DNA of 64,000 bases, taken from the NCBI GenBank assembly GCA_031835245.2, contig JAVKOQ020000016.1:310001-374000 (forward strand). Direction: 5' to 3'. Positions 24,602-36,954 of the stretch are shown in pieces; the first letter of the stretch is position 1, and every line of letters starts with the position of its first letter. The stretch is from Balamuthia mandrillaris. Lineage: Eukaryota. Made by a program: the position numbers and the translations under genes. The notes beneath the pieces were generated by a model. It did not search any database. It saw only the letters and a program-made list of their open reading frames with translations, and was not told the DNA's origin.

Positions 24602-25304
24602 ATGGAGCAACCAAGAACGAAAGTAGTGTTTGTTGGGCTGGGTGCCATGGGCGGTGGGCTCGTACGCAGGCTTCATGACCAACAAACCCAGTTTCCCTGT
24701 TCCCTCCTTCTCTGCGACAAAGACAACGCCGCAGCACGAAAATGCAGCAAGGAGCTCTCTTCCTCAGCGTCTTTCCTGCCTTTCGAGCAGCTCTCCAAGT
24801 TGTTGGTGGAGCACTCCCCCGACTTTCTTTGCTCCTGTTTGCCCAACTCCACCGTAGTCATGCAGCTGTTTGACTCCTTGAACCGACCTCAAGAGAACAA
24901 CGCCAAGAGAAAAACCATTTGGATCGACTTCACGTCAGGCAATCCCTTGGTCACTGCTGAGCTCTCTCGACGCTGCTCTCAGGAGCTCTCCTCTGTTGGC
25001 TTTGTGGATGCTGCCATGTCGGGAGGTCCCAAGGGAGCCAGGAACGGCACTCTCACGCTCATGGTGGGTGGCGACGAGGAAGACGTGCAGCGAGCCACTC
25101 CCTTGCTCTCCTGCCTCAGCAGCAAACTGGTTCATGCTGGCCTTGTACGTTGCTTTTCTTCTCCTTCTCTCCTTGTTCAAGCATGGACACCATGTTATCT
25201 TCTTGTTCTGCTTGTTCTTCTTCTTGTTCTTCTTGTTCTTGTTCTTCTTCTTCTTCTTCGTTCTTCTTCTTGTTCTTCTTCTTCTTCTTCTTCTTCTTCT
25301 TCTT

Positions 25305-25336
<32 letters not shown>

Positions 25337-26473
25337 CTCCCACAAATATACAAACAATGCCAGAACGCAGGATCTGGACACGCAATCAAAGCAATGAACA
25401 ATGCCCTGATGGCAATGAACGTTTGGGGAGTGGGCGAGGCTCTGCTAACTCTGGCCAAGATGGGAGTGGACCCCAAAGTAGCTTTGGATGCTCTCAACAA
25501 CTCCTCTGGTCGCAGTTGGGCCACCATGCAACGCTTCCCAGAGCACGTTCTCACGGGCACGTTTGACTACGGCTTCCGTCTGGATCTTTGTCAGAAGGAC
25601 ATTAAGAACGCTCTTAAAACGGCTTCACAAGTTGGTTCGTTCTCTTTGTATTCGAGCGCTAGTTATTTATGCATCTTGCGTCTTTCTTTCATCTTTAGAA
25701 GCTTATCTCACCTTTTAACAAATAAACAGGAGTTTATGCGCCTATCTTCCAAAGAGTAAGAGAGCTCTTTGACCAAGCCGCGGCCAAACTGCCCGACCCT
25801 TCTTCTTCCGACCACCTAGACGTCGTCCGCATCCAACAACAATGGGCTAATCTCTCTCTTTCTTCCTGCCCCGCTTCTTCTCCTTCACTTTGCCCTCCCG
25901 TTTCCGAGATGGGCATCAAATTGGCCGTCTTTGACTGTGCTGGAACCGTCGTTGATGAAGGAGCAATCGTCTACCAAACACTGATTCGCGTGTTGGAGGC
26001 GGACAACGTTCCTGTCGACCCTGAAGAATTCAACAAGTGGCACGGTGCCAACAAAGTGGAAGTCATACGTTACTTCATTTATCAACAGGAAGGAGGGAAG
26101 AAGAACGGAGAGGAAGGGCAGAAGATGGAGGAACGAATCCAACGAGTATATAAAGAATTTATGACGGGAATTGAGCAGGCATACTTTGCACCAGAGAATA
26201 AGGGCGTTGTAAAGGTGATGAATGGAGCAGTGGAGCTCATGGATAAGCTTAGAGCGGCTGGCATCAAAGTTGCTTTAAACACAGGTTTTTTTCTTTCTTT
26301 CTTGAATGTTTTCTCCTCTTCTTTACCTTTTCTTTAACATTTGTCTTTGTGTATACTCGAACAAAAAAAAGGTTATCCACGACATGTGGCCGACGGCTTA
26401 ATCTCAATGCTTGATCTCTCTTCCCACATCGACGGCAGCATCGTCGCCGAAGAAGTTGGTTCGTCATTATTCT

Positions 26474-26513
<40 letters not shown>

Positions 26514-26862
26514 CTCGCTCTCCCTTTCTCTCTCTCTCTCTCTCGTCGCTTCTCTCCCTCCCTCTCTCCTCTCTCTCTCTCTCTTCTCTCCCTCCTCTTA
26601 TCTCTTCCTCCCAATATCAAATAACAAAACAGGAAAAGGAAGACCTTACCCTTACATGATCCAAAGCTTGATGCGAAAGTTGGACATTTTGGAGGCCCGA
26701 ACGGTCATGAAGGTGGGAGACACCGCCAGGGATGTGGAGGAAGGCAGGAACGCCGGCTGCGGGTTGGTCGTGGGCGTGCTCTCGGGCGCTGACGATGGAG
26801 AGGTGCTGGTGGAGGCGGGTGCTGACCTGGTCCTTCCTTCCGTTGCCGACATCAGAGTTTGA
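24602..26862 (+). CDS. Fusion of an NAD(P)-dependent beta-hydroxyacid dehydrogenase (3-hydroxyisobutyrate dehydrogenase family) and a PhnX-like phosphonatase-type HAD hydrolase
   Basis: FVGLGAMG, DAAMSGG..GA..GTL.LMVGG and GSGHAIKAMNN. The exon from 25730 reads in frame into MGIKLAVFDCAGTVVDEG (HAD motif I), then ALNTG, GRPYPYMI and KVGDT..D..EG.NAG. Confidence 0.85.
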
Positions 26863-27325
26863 AGAAAGAAAAAGAAAAAGAAAAAGAAAAAGAAAAAGAA
26901 AAAGAAAAAGAAAGAAATCTCCTCTCTCCTATCTTCTCTCTTGTCCAAGCTCATATCTCCTTCGTGGAGTCGACATAAAAACTTGATTATGTTCACAACG
27001 GGATAAGCTTTGGGCAAAGCGATTGGTGTCCGCAACAGGCGCCTGAGCCGGACAGCGGTTGCAGCTGGACGCAATTTGGCGCCTTTCGAATCAATGCATG
27101 TACAGTTCATGAACTAAACAAAAATAATAATGAAATGGAAAGAAAAAGCTAGAATGTGAAGGCAAACCCAGAGAAGCATTCTTTGTCTACAGGAGGAACT
27201 GTAACATATGCATCCCAATTCCAGACATAGGAATTTTAGTTTCGTGTTGGGTTCATTTCAACCACCACAAATGAAGATTCGTTCATCTTTTTTTCATTTG
27301 TTCAACATAACGCGTTACATAAACA

Positions 27326-29074
27326 ATGAACTCTGGTGGCGGCGCTCCTCCTCCCCCTTGGGGCATCGGCGGTGGTTTTCCCTTTGGCGGTGGCTTTCCC
27401 CAAGGTGGTTTCCCTCCTCCTCCTTTCAGCGGTAGCGGTGGTGGTGGCGGTTACCCTCCTCCTCAACAACAACCACAAGGACCACCAAGCGGTGGCTTTC
27501 CTTCTTATCCTCCTCCTCAGCAGCCCGGCAGTGGAGGTTTTCCTTCGTATCCTCCTCAACAACAAGGAAGCGGTTACCCTCCTCAGCAAGGAGGGTACCC
27601 TCCACCACCTTTTGGAGGAGGTTTTGGAGGTTATGCTCCTCCTTCTCAACAACAAGGAGGGTACCCTCCTCCCCAGCAGGGAACCGGTTATCCTCCTCAA
27701 CAAGGGGGTTATCCTCCTCCGCAGCAACAAGGAGGAGGTTACCCACCACAAGGCGGTTATCCCCCTCCTTCCGCATCCTCTTCTGCTTCCTCCTCCTCCT
27801 CGTCTTCTTCCACTTCTTCCACTTCCTCTTCTGCTTCTTCATCGACTGCAAGTGCACCTCTGAGCGGCGGGTATCCTCCATTCCAAGGCGGGTATCCCCC
27901 TTCTCCCGCATCAGGAGGAGCCCCTCTGCAACAAAGTGGAGGTTATGGTGGCTATCCTCCTCCGCAACATGCATCTTTTGATGCTTATCCTCCGCAACAA
28001 GGAGGTTATCCTCCTCAACAACAACAAGGAAGCGGTTATCCTCCTCAACAAGGGGGTTTTCCGCCTCCACAGCAACAAGGAGGTTTTCCTCCTCAACAGC
28101 AAGCAGCTGCAGTGCCAAGGACCCCAGCGGAGCAGGCCAGAGCGTCCGAGAGTTGGGCTCGTTTGCCGCTTGCCAGAAAGAAAGATTTGCAAGAGGCCTT
28201 TGATATCATCCAGAAGTATACCGATGAGATCCGAGAGAAGACTGGCCATCAGGTATTCTTTTTCATTGTTCTGCTTGTTCTTCTGCTTCTTCTGCTTCTT
28301 CTCCTCATACACGTTTTTTCTCCATCTTAATAGACGTTCCGCATTACTTTCGACTCGAGTCATCTGGGCCATCCCCCCAGTCCCGAACTGGTCAAACAGC
28401 TCAAAACTGACCATCACTGGGACCAGGAGAGGATCAACCAGCACTTTGAGGATAGAGAGGCTCGTTTCTGGCAGGAGCTTACCGAATACCCTCCCAAGGG
28501 CAACCTTGGTGGAGGTTATCTCTGGTATCCTCTCCTCAACGACTGGATCCGTTGGAGCAAGATCGAGACGGACGAGCTGAAGAAGGAATGCTTCCAGGCG
28601 GCCGTCTCAGAGATCCGCATCTGCCATGCTCCTCCCGGAGATGTAACTCCTCCCAAGATGTTGTGGAATGGTACCGTCATCACGGTAGTGGCCAACGTGA
28701 ACTCGGCCCTATTGTACATGTACGCGTTCCCCAGGTTCTACGTTGCTGACTGCGACCTGTATCCTGAGGTAATGGGCTCAACGCTGAAGCAAGAAAACAC
28801 CCTTGAACTAACGGTTCTTTTTTGCAAACGTTTTTGCAGCATGCGAAGGACACAGCCCTGGGCTTCGCCATATCGAAAGGAGCTCCAGCCACCGAGGAGT
28901 ACATCTGGACTTCTAGCACAAGCGGTTACGGTACGTCTTGTGTTTGCTTTGTTTGCAGACTTGACGAAACTAACCATCGGGTTCTGTTAAACAGCCATAG
29001 TGGCCATGAAAACATCTGAGCTGACGGAAAGATGGTTGGTTCAACAGGGGTACTCGCTTACCAAGGTGCACTAA
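27326..29074 (+). CDS. Hypothetical protein with a GGYPPQQ-repeat low-complexity N-terminus and an unrecognised globular C-terminal domain
   Basis: About 260 aa of GYPP/Q repeats, then spliced exons ending ...[13 protein letters not shown] at 29074. Confidence 0.7.
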
Positions 29075-29158
29075 AAGACACAGACTGCAGCCCGTAGAAA
29101 GACAGAAATGCCCCAAAAATAAAAACAAATAAACAGTATTCATTCCTTTTCGAACTTG

Positions 29159-31767
29159 CTATTTTGCTCGCAAAGGCACAAGGGGACGATACAAGCATCT
29201 CTCGCTGCAACACAGCAACTCCCACCAAACGCTTTTCTTTGCATCATAGTGTTTTCTGCAAAGAGTTGGTGGTGACCCTTCCGCTTCCGTATCTTCTTCT
29301 TCCACTGCCAAAAACAGCCTTTCACACACGTCACATCGCCTTTGCAACCGTTCCAACCGCTCTCTCACTTCTTCTGGCAACAGGATTTCTGAAGCAGCTC
29401 CGTCCCAACGTTCTTCCTCTTCTTCTTCTTCGGCCAACGTTTGTTGCGAGTTCCTCTCTTCCTCTGGGAGCACTGTGAAAGGTACTTGCGGAACAGAGGC
29501 CAGCATCCCCATTGGCAAAAGCGAGTTTCTGATCACAGTCTCTCCGCTCAAATGCCACAAACTGTTCACAGTCTTATAATTGCTGGACTGTTGAGCAAGC
29601 TTTACGCACTTTAGTCTTTTCTCTTTTGTTTGTTCAGCAGCTTCGTCGCCATACTCTATCAGTTGCTCCTCGTCTTCATCAGGATTATAGATGTCATAGC
29701 CATCCTCGTCCGCATCCTCATCAGAATCATCATCATCTTCGGAATCATCTTCAGAATTTGCTTCCCCGGGCCATTGTACAACATGAAACAGGGAGGAAGG
29801 CAACACCTTCAATCGAGAATTATCGACCACGTGACAGGAGTTAGCAGCGAGACGACCCAACTCCCTTGGCAAAGCTGCCAACCTGTTGGAGGAGAGGTCG
29901 AGAGTGGTGAGCAAAGAGAGCCGACCAAATTCCTTCGGCAAGGCCGTCAAGCTGTTGTTGGGGAGGTCGAGAGAAGTAATAGAAGAGAATTGGTCAAACT
30001 CCTGTGACAAGGCCGCAAAGTTGTTGCAGGAAAGGTCGAGGGAGCGCAACGAAAGCCCAAAAAATACGGGGGGCAAGGAAGTCAGGTTGTTGGCGCAGAG
30101 TCTGCACTTTTTTAGCGCGGTGAGACTTGCAATCTCGCTGGGTAGGGTGGTCAATAAGGACCAGGAGAAGTTAAGGGAGGTCAATGAAGAGAGCTGGCAC
30201 ACCACTAAGGGCAGGGCTGTGAATTCGTTGTGAGAGAGGTCGAGAGAAGTAATGGAAGAGACTTGGCCAAATTCTGCGGGCAAGAGCGCAAGTTTGTTGC
30301 TGGCGAGGTCGAGGCAGGTCAGGGAGGAGAGTTGTCCAAACTCCCTTGGCAAAGTTGCCAACCTGTTGGAGGAGAGGTCGAGGGAAGCAAGGGCAGAGAG
30401 CAGACCAAACTCCTTTGGCAAGACCGTCAAGCTGTTGTTGGAGAGGTCAAGCGTGATGAGCAAAGAGAGTTGGCTAACCTCGGAGGTTAAGACTGCGAGT
30501 TGGTTGCGGGCGAGGTTGCAGACAGTGAGAGCTGCGAGGAGGTCATACTCCCTTCTTGTCAAGATGGCCAGCCTGTTGACGGAGAGTACGCAAGAAGTAA
30601 GGGCGGGGAGACGACCAAGCTCGCTTGGTAGGATGGAGAGTTTGTTGTAGGAGAAGTCGAGGTAGGTCAGGGAAGAGAGATTGCAAAACTCGGAGGGCAA
30701 GGTACCCAGTTTGTTTTTAGAGAGGTCGCAGGAAGTGAGGGCGGTGAAGCAACCAAACTCGGAGGGCAAGATGGTCAGTTTGTTGTAGGAGATGTCAAGA
30801 GAGGTTAATGAAGAGAGTCGACCAAGCTCTCTTGGCAGGCTTTTCAGTTTGTTTTTAGAGAGGTCGCAGGAAGTGAGGGCGGTGAGACAGCCAAACTCGG
30901 AGGGCAAGACTGTCAGTTTGTTGCGGGAGAGGTCGAGTGAGGTAAGGGCGGTGAGACGAGCAACGTGAACTGGGAAGGGGCTCAGTTCGTTGTTGGAGAG
31001 GTCGAGGGTGGTTAGCCAAGAGAGTTGGCCAAATGTGGAGGGCAAGGTACGAAGTTTGGTGTCGGAGAGGTCGCAAGAGGTAAGGGCGATCTCCCTTGGT
31101 TTCATTTCCAGTGGGTTCTGGGACAAGTCGAAGGAGGTCAAGGAAGAGAGGCAAGCCAGCTCGGAAGGCAAGAAAGATATTTGGTTGTGAGAGAGCCCGA
31201 AGGTCGTAAGGTTGGTGAGATGCCTAAACCCAGAGGGCAAGAAGGTTATACGGTTGAAGGAGAGGTCGCAGGCCGTGAGGCTGGTGAGACGGCCGATGTG
31301 GCTTGGCAAGGTGGTAAGCTTGTTGAAGGAGAGGAGAGGTTCAGGAAGGTCAAGGAGGAGAGCTGGCAAAACTCGGAGGGTAAACCTATAAGTTTGTTGT
31401 GGGAGACATCGCAAATGGTGAGGGCGGTCCGGCAGCCAAACTCGGCGGGCAAGACAACTATTTGGTTGTGGGAGAGGTTGAAGGCCGTGAGAGCGGTGAG
31501 AGAGGCAATGCAGCTCGGCAGGGCCGTCAGTTTGTTGTAGGAGAGGTCGAGCCAGGTCAGGGTGTCAGAGAGCAGGCCAAAGTCGGAGGGCAAGCCCCTC
31601 AGCTGGTTCTGGGAGAGGTCGCAGGCGGTGAGGGCGGCCAGCCGGCCAAACCCCCTCGGCAAGGCCTGCAACTTGAGGCCGGAGAGGTTACACGTCGCCG
31701 CCTGCGCAAAGGGTCGAAGCAGCTCTGGCAGAGGCCGTGCTTCCGTCGTCGTCTTTTCGGCCGACAT
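29159..31767 (-). CDS. Intronless leucine-rich-repeat protein with acidic and Cys-rich C-terminus; one frameshift at about 31333
   Basis: More than 20 tandem 23-aa LxxLDLSxNxLxxLPxEFGxL repeats split over two overlapping ORFs. C-terminal SLWHLS..LPEEV..CDVC..CCSERC. Confidence 0.85.
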
Positions 31768-31933
31768 TTTGTGTTTCGTGTAACGGAAAAATTTCCAAGA
31801 AAATAAATTTTCTATTATTATTTAAAATGTACATGTCGTCACGGTAGGTTGGTAAATTTTGCCGACTCGAGAATCCTTATGTGTCGTCACGACAAAATAA
31901 TATTGTCGACTACCAAAAACAAAAAAAAAAGAG

Positions 31934-32908
31934 ATGGAAGAAAAGAAGGACAGCCAAACGCCAGAGCAAAGGCTGCAGGAGGCCGGCATCACCCTCCTGC
32001 CAGTGCCCAAGTTTGGGCTCTACGTTCCGGTGACTGTGGTGGGAAACTTGGCATACACCTCTGGCCAGGTTTTCATTTCTTCCTTCCCTCTTTTTTTAAA
32101 AAACACACTTTCATCTCATTTTTTTTTTCTTTACAAAAAAAAGGTTCCGCTGCTGGAAGATGGGACCATGATGAAAGGCAAGCTTGGGGATGGGGTGGAG
32201 CTGGAGGCTGGACGAGCAGCAGCAAGGCAGTGCGGCATCATGATGCTTTCCGCCCTGCATGCCAGGTTGGGCGGCCTCAACAAGTTTGGCCTTTGCGCTC
32301 ATCACCGCCATTTTCATTTCTTTTACTGACCTGTTCTTCTGTGGTTCATGTTGACCGCAAAACAGGGTCAAGAGAGTGATCAAGTTAACTGGGTTTGTGA
32401 ACTGCACGCCTGACTTTGAGCAACAACCTGCCGTCATCAATGGTTGCAGCGAGCTTATGAAAGGTTTGAGCGATCCCTGTCTTCGTTTTCTCTTGTGCTT
32501 GTTCTTGTTCTTCGTGATTCTTGTTCTTCTGCTGCTGCTGCTGCTGCTGCTGCTTCTTGTTCTTCTTGTTCTTCTTCTTGTTCTTCTTCTTCTTCTCCCT
32601 CTTCTTCTTCTTCTTCTTGTTCTTCTTCTTGTTCTTCTTCTTGTTCTTCTTGTTCTTCTTCTTGTTCTTCTTGTTCTTCTTCTTCTTCTTGTTCTTCTTC
32701 TTCTTCTTCTTCTTCTTCTTCTTCTTCTTCTTCTTCTTCTTCCTCTTCCTCTTCTTTGACCTGATAGATCGCTTCACTGTTCTGTGAACAATAAGAAATC
32801 TTTGGCGAAGAGAACGGGGCTCATGCCAGAAGCGCTGTTGGCAGCAACGCTCTACCGCTTGGCATCACCTGTGAGGTCGAAGGCATCTTTGAGATATACT
32901 CTGTATGA
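31934..32908 (+). CDS. RidA/YjgF family protein
   Basis: YVPV..VGNLAYTSGQ|VP..G..KGKLG..G..AAR, RVIKLTGFVNCTPDF.QQP.VINGCSEL, HARSAVG..LPLGI.CEVEGIFE. Confidence 0.9.
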
Positions 32909-33022
32909 ATTCGATGTTCTTCCAGCTCTTTTACTTCCTCTCTCTCTTCTTCTCTTCTTCTCTTCCATCTCTTCTTTGTCCTCTCCTCCATTTAGGTGGT
33001 AATGTGTTAAAAGGAGTGTTGT

Positions 33023-33487
33023 TTATTCTCTTTGGTTCTTGGCTTCGCGCGCCTCTATTCTTGCAGAGTCTTGCAGCAACTCGGGCACAACTTCCTTTGC
33101 AGGGATCTGAACGTACCGCACAACGGAGCCGCGAATGAAACAGTTTCGTACAGACAACTAAAGACCAAAGAGGAAGAGTGGTGAGAAAAAACACACACAA
33201 AGAGAAGAGAAAAATGTTTTGGTTTTTCTACCATGTGAGGATACTTCTCTTCGTCCACGACGGAAATGTCTTCCAGCTTTATGTTGAGGTATTGATCGAC
33301 CGAGTGAAGGATGCCCCGAATGGCAAGGTCGTTCTTCAGCTCCACTGTGACTTCTTTGCCAACTAAACTTTTAAAGAAAGAGTAGAACAACTGTTGGAGA
33401 AGAATGAGCAAAAAAAATATAAGAAAACAAGCAAATACACCAGCACAACAGGAAAACACGAGGAACGGATGAGGAGAGGCGCACCAT
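33023..33487 (-). CDS. LSM2: U6 snRNA-associated Sm-like protein LSm2
   Basis: ATG, intron, LFYSFFKSLVGKEVTVELKNDLAIRGILHSVDQYLNIKL..YPHM, intron, LSVRNCFIRGSVVRYVQ. Confidence 0.95.
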
Positions 33488-33613
33488 TCTTTCTTTCTCT
33501 CTTCTTTTCTCCTTTGTTTTCGAAAATGTTTTATGTCGACATTTTTGAAAAATGATTGGTCCAAATTGAAATTTCCTCTTCATAAATATTGCCGACAATC
33601 GAGTCGTCCCGAA

Positions 33614-34544
33614 ATGACGACACTGCAGCAGAAAGAAGAACAGAGAGAGACAGAGATGAAGTTTATGTTGGCTTATGATGGGTCCGAGTTTTCGGATAGG
33701 GCTTTGGAGAGAGTGCTGGCCATCATTCAAAACCAACCAGAAGAAGGTTTTAGCCACATTGCCTTTTTTTTTTTCCTTGTGTCCTTCTAACAAGATCTTT
33801 TTGTTACCACTACTTGAAAACATCAAAAACAAAAAAAAAATAATAGGAGAGAAACACTCTTTGACGGTGGTCACGGTGGCCAACGAGCTGCCTCCTATCG
33901 ATGTCTTCACAGAGGCCGCCGAGCTGGAAGAGATCAACCAGAAGAAGTTGGAACAGGCTCGCAAAATGCTGGAAGAAAGAGTGGCGCCTACGCTGAGTCA
34001 GACGGAGAACAACACCAAGAACCCCCTCCACTACTCCTTGGAAGTGCTTCAGGACAGTGACCCAAGGGAGTGCTTGCTGCGCTACGTGCAGGAACACGAC
34101 GTGGACTGTTGCGTGGTGGGAAGTCGTGGCTTGAGTGGACTGGACAGGTGCGTTGGTTAATTTTTTAAGCCAGATCTCTTTTATTGCTTACCGTCTTGAC
34201 TTATTGCTTCTCTTCATTCTTCTTGTTCTTCCTGTTCTTCTTCTGCTTCTTCTTCTCTTCCTCCTCCTCTCCTTCCTCTTCTTGTTCTTGTTCTTCTTGT
34301 TCTCCTTCTTCTCCTTGTTCTTCTTGTTCTTCTTCTTCTTCTTCTTCTTCTTCTTCTTCTTCTTCTTCTTCTTCTTGTTCTTCTTGTTCTTCTTCTTCTT
34401 CTTCTTCTTCTTCTTCTTCTTCTTCTTCTTCTTCTTCTTCTTCTTTGTTCTTCGGGTATGTTTCTTTTCAAATTAAGAGTGTTTGGTTCCGTGACACGAT
34501 ACTTGTTGAGCTATGCCACCTGCTCTCTCCTCATCATCAAGTAA
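33614..34544 (+). CDS. Universal stress protein (UspA family)
   Basis: FMLAYDGSEFSDRAL, DPRECLL.Y....VD..VVGSRGLSGLDR|VFGSVTRYLL..ATCSLLIIK*. Confidence 0.9.
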
Positions 34545-34820
34545 AAAACACACCCTACCCTCCTGTTGGCCGTTTTCCTTCTTCTCCACTTTTTTAGTGC
34601 TTTTTTTTTTATTTTATTTCAATTCGAAGAAAAATTTTAAAAACTTTTATGAAATTTCGGACACGTTTGAGGGGCACTTCGCTTAAGGCCTCCACCCAAT
34701 TTTTTGTTGTCGTCGACACAAAGAAACGAAAGGCAAGTGAGAAAGTAGCGGCGATTCGAATCTCTCTCTCTCTCTCTTCGTCGTCGAAGCAAAAAAAAAA
34801 AATAAACAAACAACAAAACG

Positions 34821-35109
34821 ATGGCAGCGGCATTGCCTCAGATCGCACAAAGCGGGTTCTCTTTTGATCTCTATGCGAGGTAAGGCCTGACAGAGAGCAT
34901 TGAAGTTTGGAGGGAAAGAAGTAGAGTTGGGATGAACTGAAACCTTTTTGACTTTCAATCATTCCCATCAGGAATCAGTTTTTGGAGAGGAAAGGCGTTG
35001 CTCCTCCCAAGAGTAAGAAGACGGGCACAACCATTGCTGGTGTCATTTTCAAGGTAAGGTTCCCTCTTTCTCTTCTTCTGCTGCTCTTATTTTTTAATTC
35101 ATCTTCTCC

Positions 35110-35157
<48 letters not shown>

Positions 35158-35580
35158 CCTCCCAAAGGATGGAGTAGTGTTGGGTGCTGATACAAGGGCT
35201 ACCGAAGGACCCATTGTATGTGACAAAAACTGTGAGAAGATTCACTACATTGCTTCCAACATCTACTGTTGTGGTGCTGGAACCTCTGCTGACACTGAGA
35301 ACTCTACTGGTACTCTTGTTCTTCTTTCTTCTTTTCGTCTCTCTGTCTCTCTGTCTCTCTCTCTCTCTTCGTTTATTTTCTTACTTCTTTATATGCATAT
35401 TCACTTTTGTTCTACTTGGGATAAAGCATTGGTGAGTTCGCAGTTGAAGCTGCACTCTTTGAACACCAGAAAGGAGGCCAAAGTTGTCACCGCTCTTACC
35501 TTGCTGAAAAGAATGCTCTTCAGGTAACAACTTCTCTTTCACTCTGTTTTTTTTTATTCTGTTTTCCTTTTTTTTTTTAC

Positions 35581-35618
<38 letters not shown>

Positions 35619-35850
35619 CTGTCTCTTCGTTCTCCACTCACCTCTTCCCTAATTTAAAAAACAAACCAAAGATATCAAGGGCACGTGAGTGCAGCGCTGG
35701 TGCTGGGCGGCGTGGACAACACTGGGCCTCACCTTCACACGGTGTACCCGCATGGCAGCACTGATACGCTTCCCTTTGTGACTATGGGTTCTGGCTCGTT
35801 GGCAGCCATGGCCATCTTTGAAGCTGGTTGGAGACCGAATATGGAGGTTC

Positions 35851-35889
<39 letters not shown>

Positions 35890-36327
35890 CTTTCTTTTCA
35901 TATTTCTCATTTTTTTCTTGCCATACTTATTTCATGTTATCACAGAAAGAAGAGGCTGTTGAGTTGGTTCATCAAGCCATCCTTTCAGGCATCTTTAACG
36001 ACTTGGGATCCGGCTCCAACGTTGACATTTGCGTTATCACAAAGGAGGGCGTTGACATGAGACGTAACATGGACACTCCCAACCCTCGTCCCTACCATCG
36101 CAAGAAGCCATACGACTTTCCTCGAGGCTTTACTCGTACGTTTCTCTCTGCTATTGCTTTTTGCTTTTTTGCTTTGTCTTACCCTTTGACAAAAACAAAC
36201 AGCTGTTATCAAAACGACAGTACAAAAGAGAGTCACAGAACTATTGGAAGACGACTCAGGTGAACTTACCAAAGCAACACGTGGGGAGATAGAAGAGTCT
36301 GAAGATGATGATAAGATGAAAGAATAA
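34821..36327 (+). CDS. PSMB7: 20S proteasome subunit beta type-7 (beta2/Pup1)
   Basis: KTG|TTIAG propeptide cleavage site, [32 protein letters not shown] and [12 protein letters not shown]. Confidence 0.97.
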
Positions 36328-36509
36328 GCGAAAAGTGAAAGAGACGGAGGTGTAAACGTTGTTTTGGTAAGAAAAAAAGTTTCACTTAAGACAGCACATC
36401 ATCAATGCAGTCTGCATGCTTATTTCTCTGCACTTTTGCAGGATGATGGCTCAGTGCCTCCACTGATGCCGTCCTAATCAATGGAGATCAACATCTATTG
36501 CCTTCTGTC

Positions 36510-36718
36510 CTTGTTCTAGTTCTTCTTCTTGTTCTTCTTGTTGTTGTTCTTCTTGTTGTTGTTCTTCTTGTTCTTCTTCTTCTTCTTCTTCTTCTTCTTC
36601 TTCTTCTTCTTCTTCTTCTTCTTCTGCTTGTTCTTCTTCTTCTTCTTCTTCTTGTTCTTCTTCTTGTTCTTCTTCTTGTTCTTCTTGATCTTCTTCTTCT
36701 TGTTCTTCTTCTTCTTCT
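36510..36718 (+). repeat. (CTT)n/(GTT)n compound microsatellite between convergent genes
   Basis: Visible trinucleotide tract. The ORFs it generates are low-complexity. Confidence 0.9.
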
Positions 36719-36954
36719 GTAGAATAAACTCCACGGTAAACGCTTGGCTTGCAACGGTCGTTCAAAAGTACGTGCTTTCAACTATGTCCATACTATTCTA
36801 AGAATTGTCAAAAAGGACACACCAAAGCGGGCCGACTGCGCCACGTCTGTGCCCTTTGTGAGGGACCAAAAAGGAAGAAGAACAAATAGTATTTTTTTAA
36901 ATAAAACTAAATAGAATATTCCCTCAACTCTAATAAATAAAGGAAAGCCAACGT

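Noticed and set aside
29850..31700. 69-bp periodic repeats as a possible CRISPR or satellite array
   Set aside because: The period equals the 23-aa LRR coding unit; there is no repeat-spacer structure and no cas gene.
32376..32787. Poly-Leu/Phe/Ser/Lys ORFs (also near 7072, 22824, 25116, 34135, 45082 and 50434)
   Set aside because: Translations of intronic microsatellites bounded by GT-AG sites.
36478..36765. Glu/Gln-rich 95-aa ORF
   Set aside because: Almost entirely trinucleotide repeat between convergent genes; no independent coding evidence.
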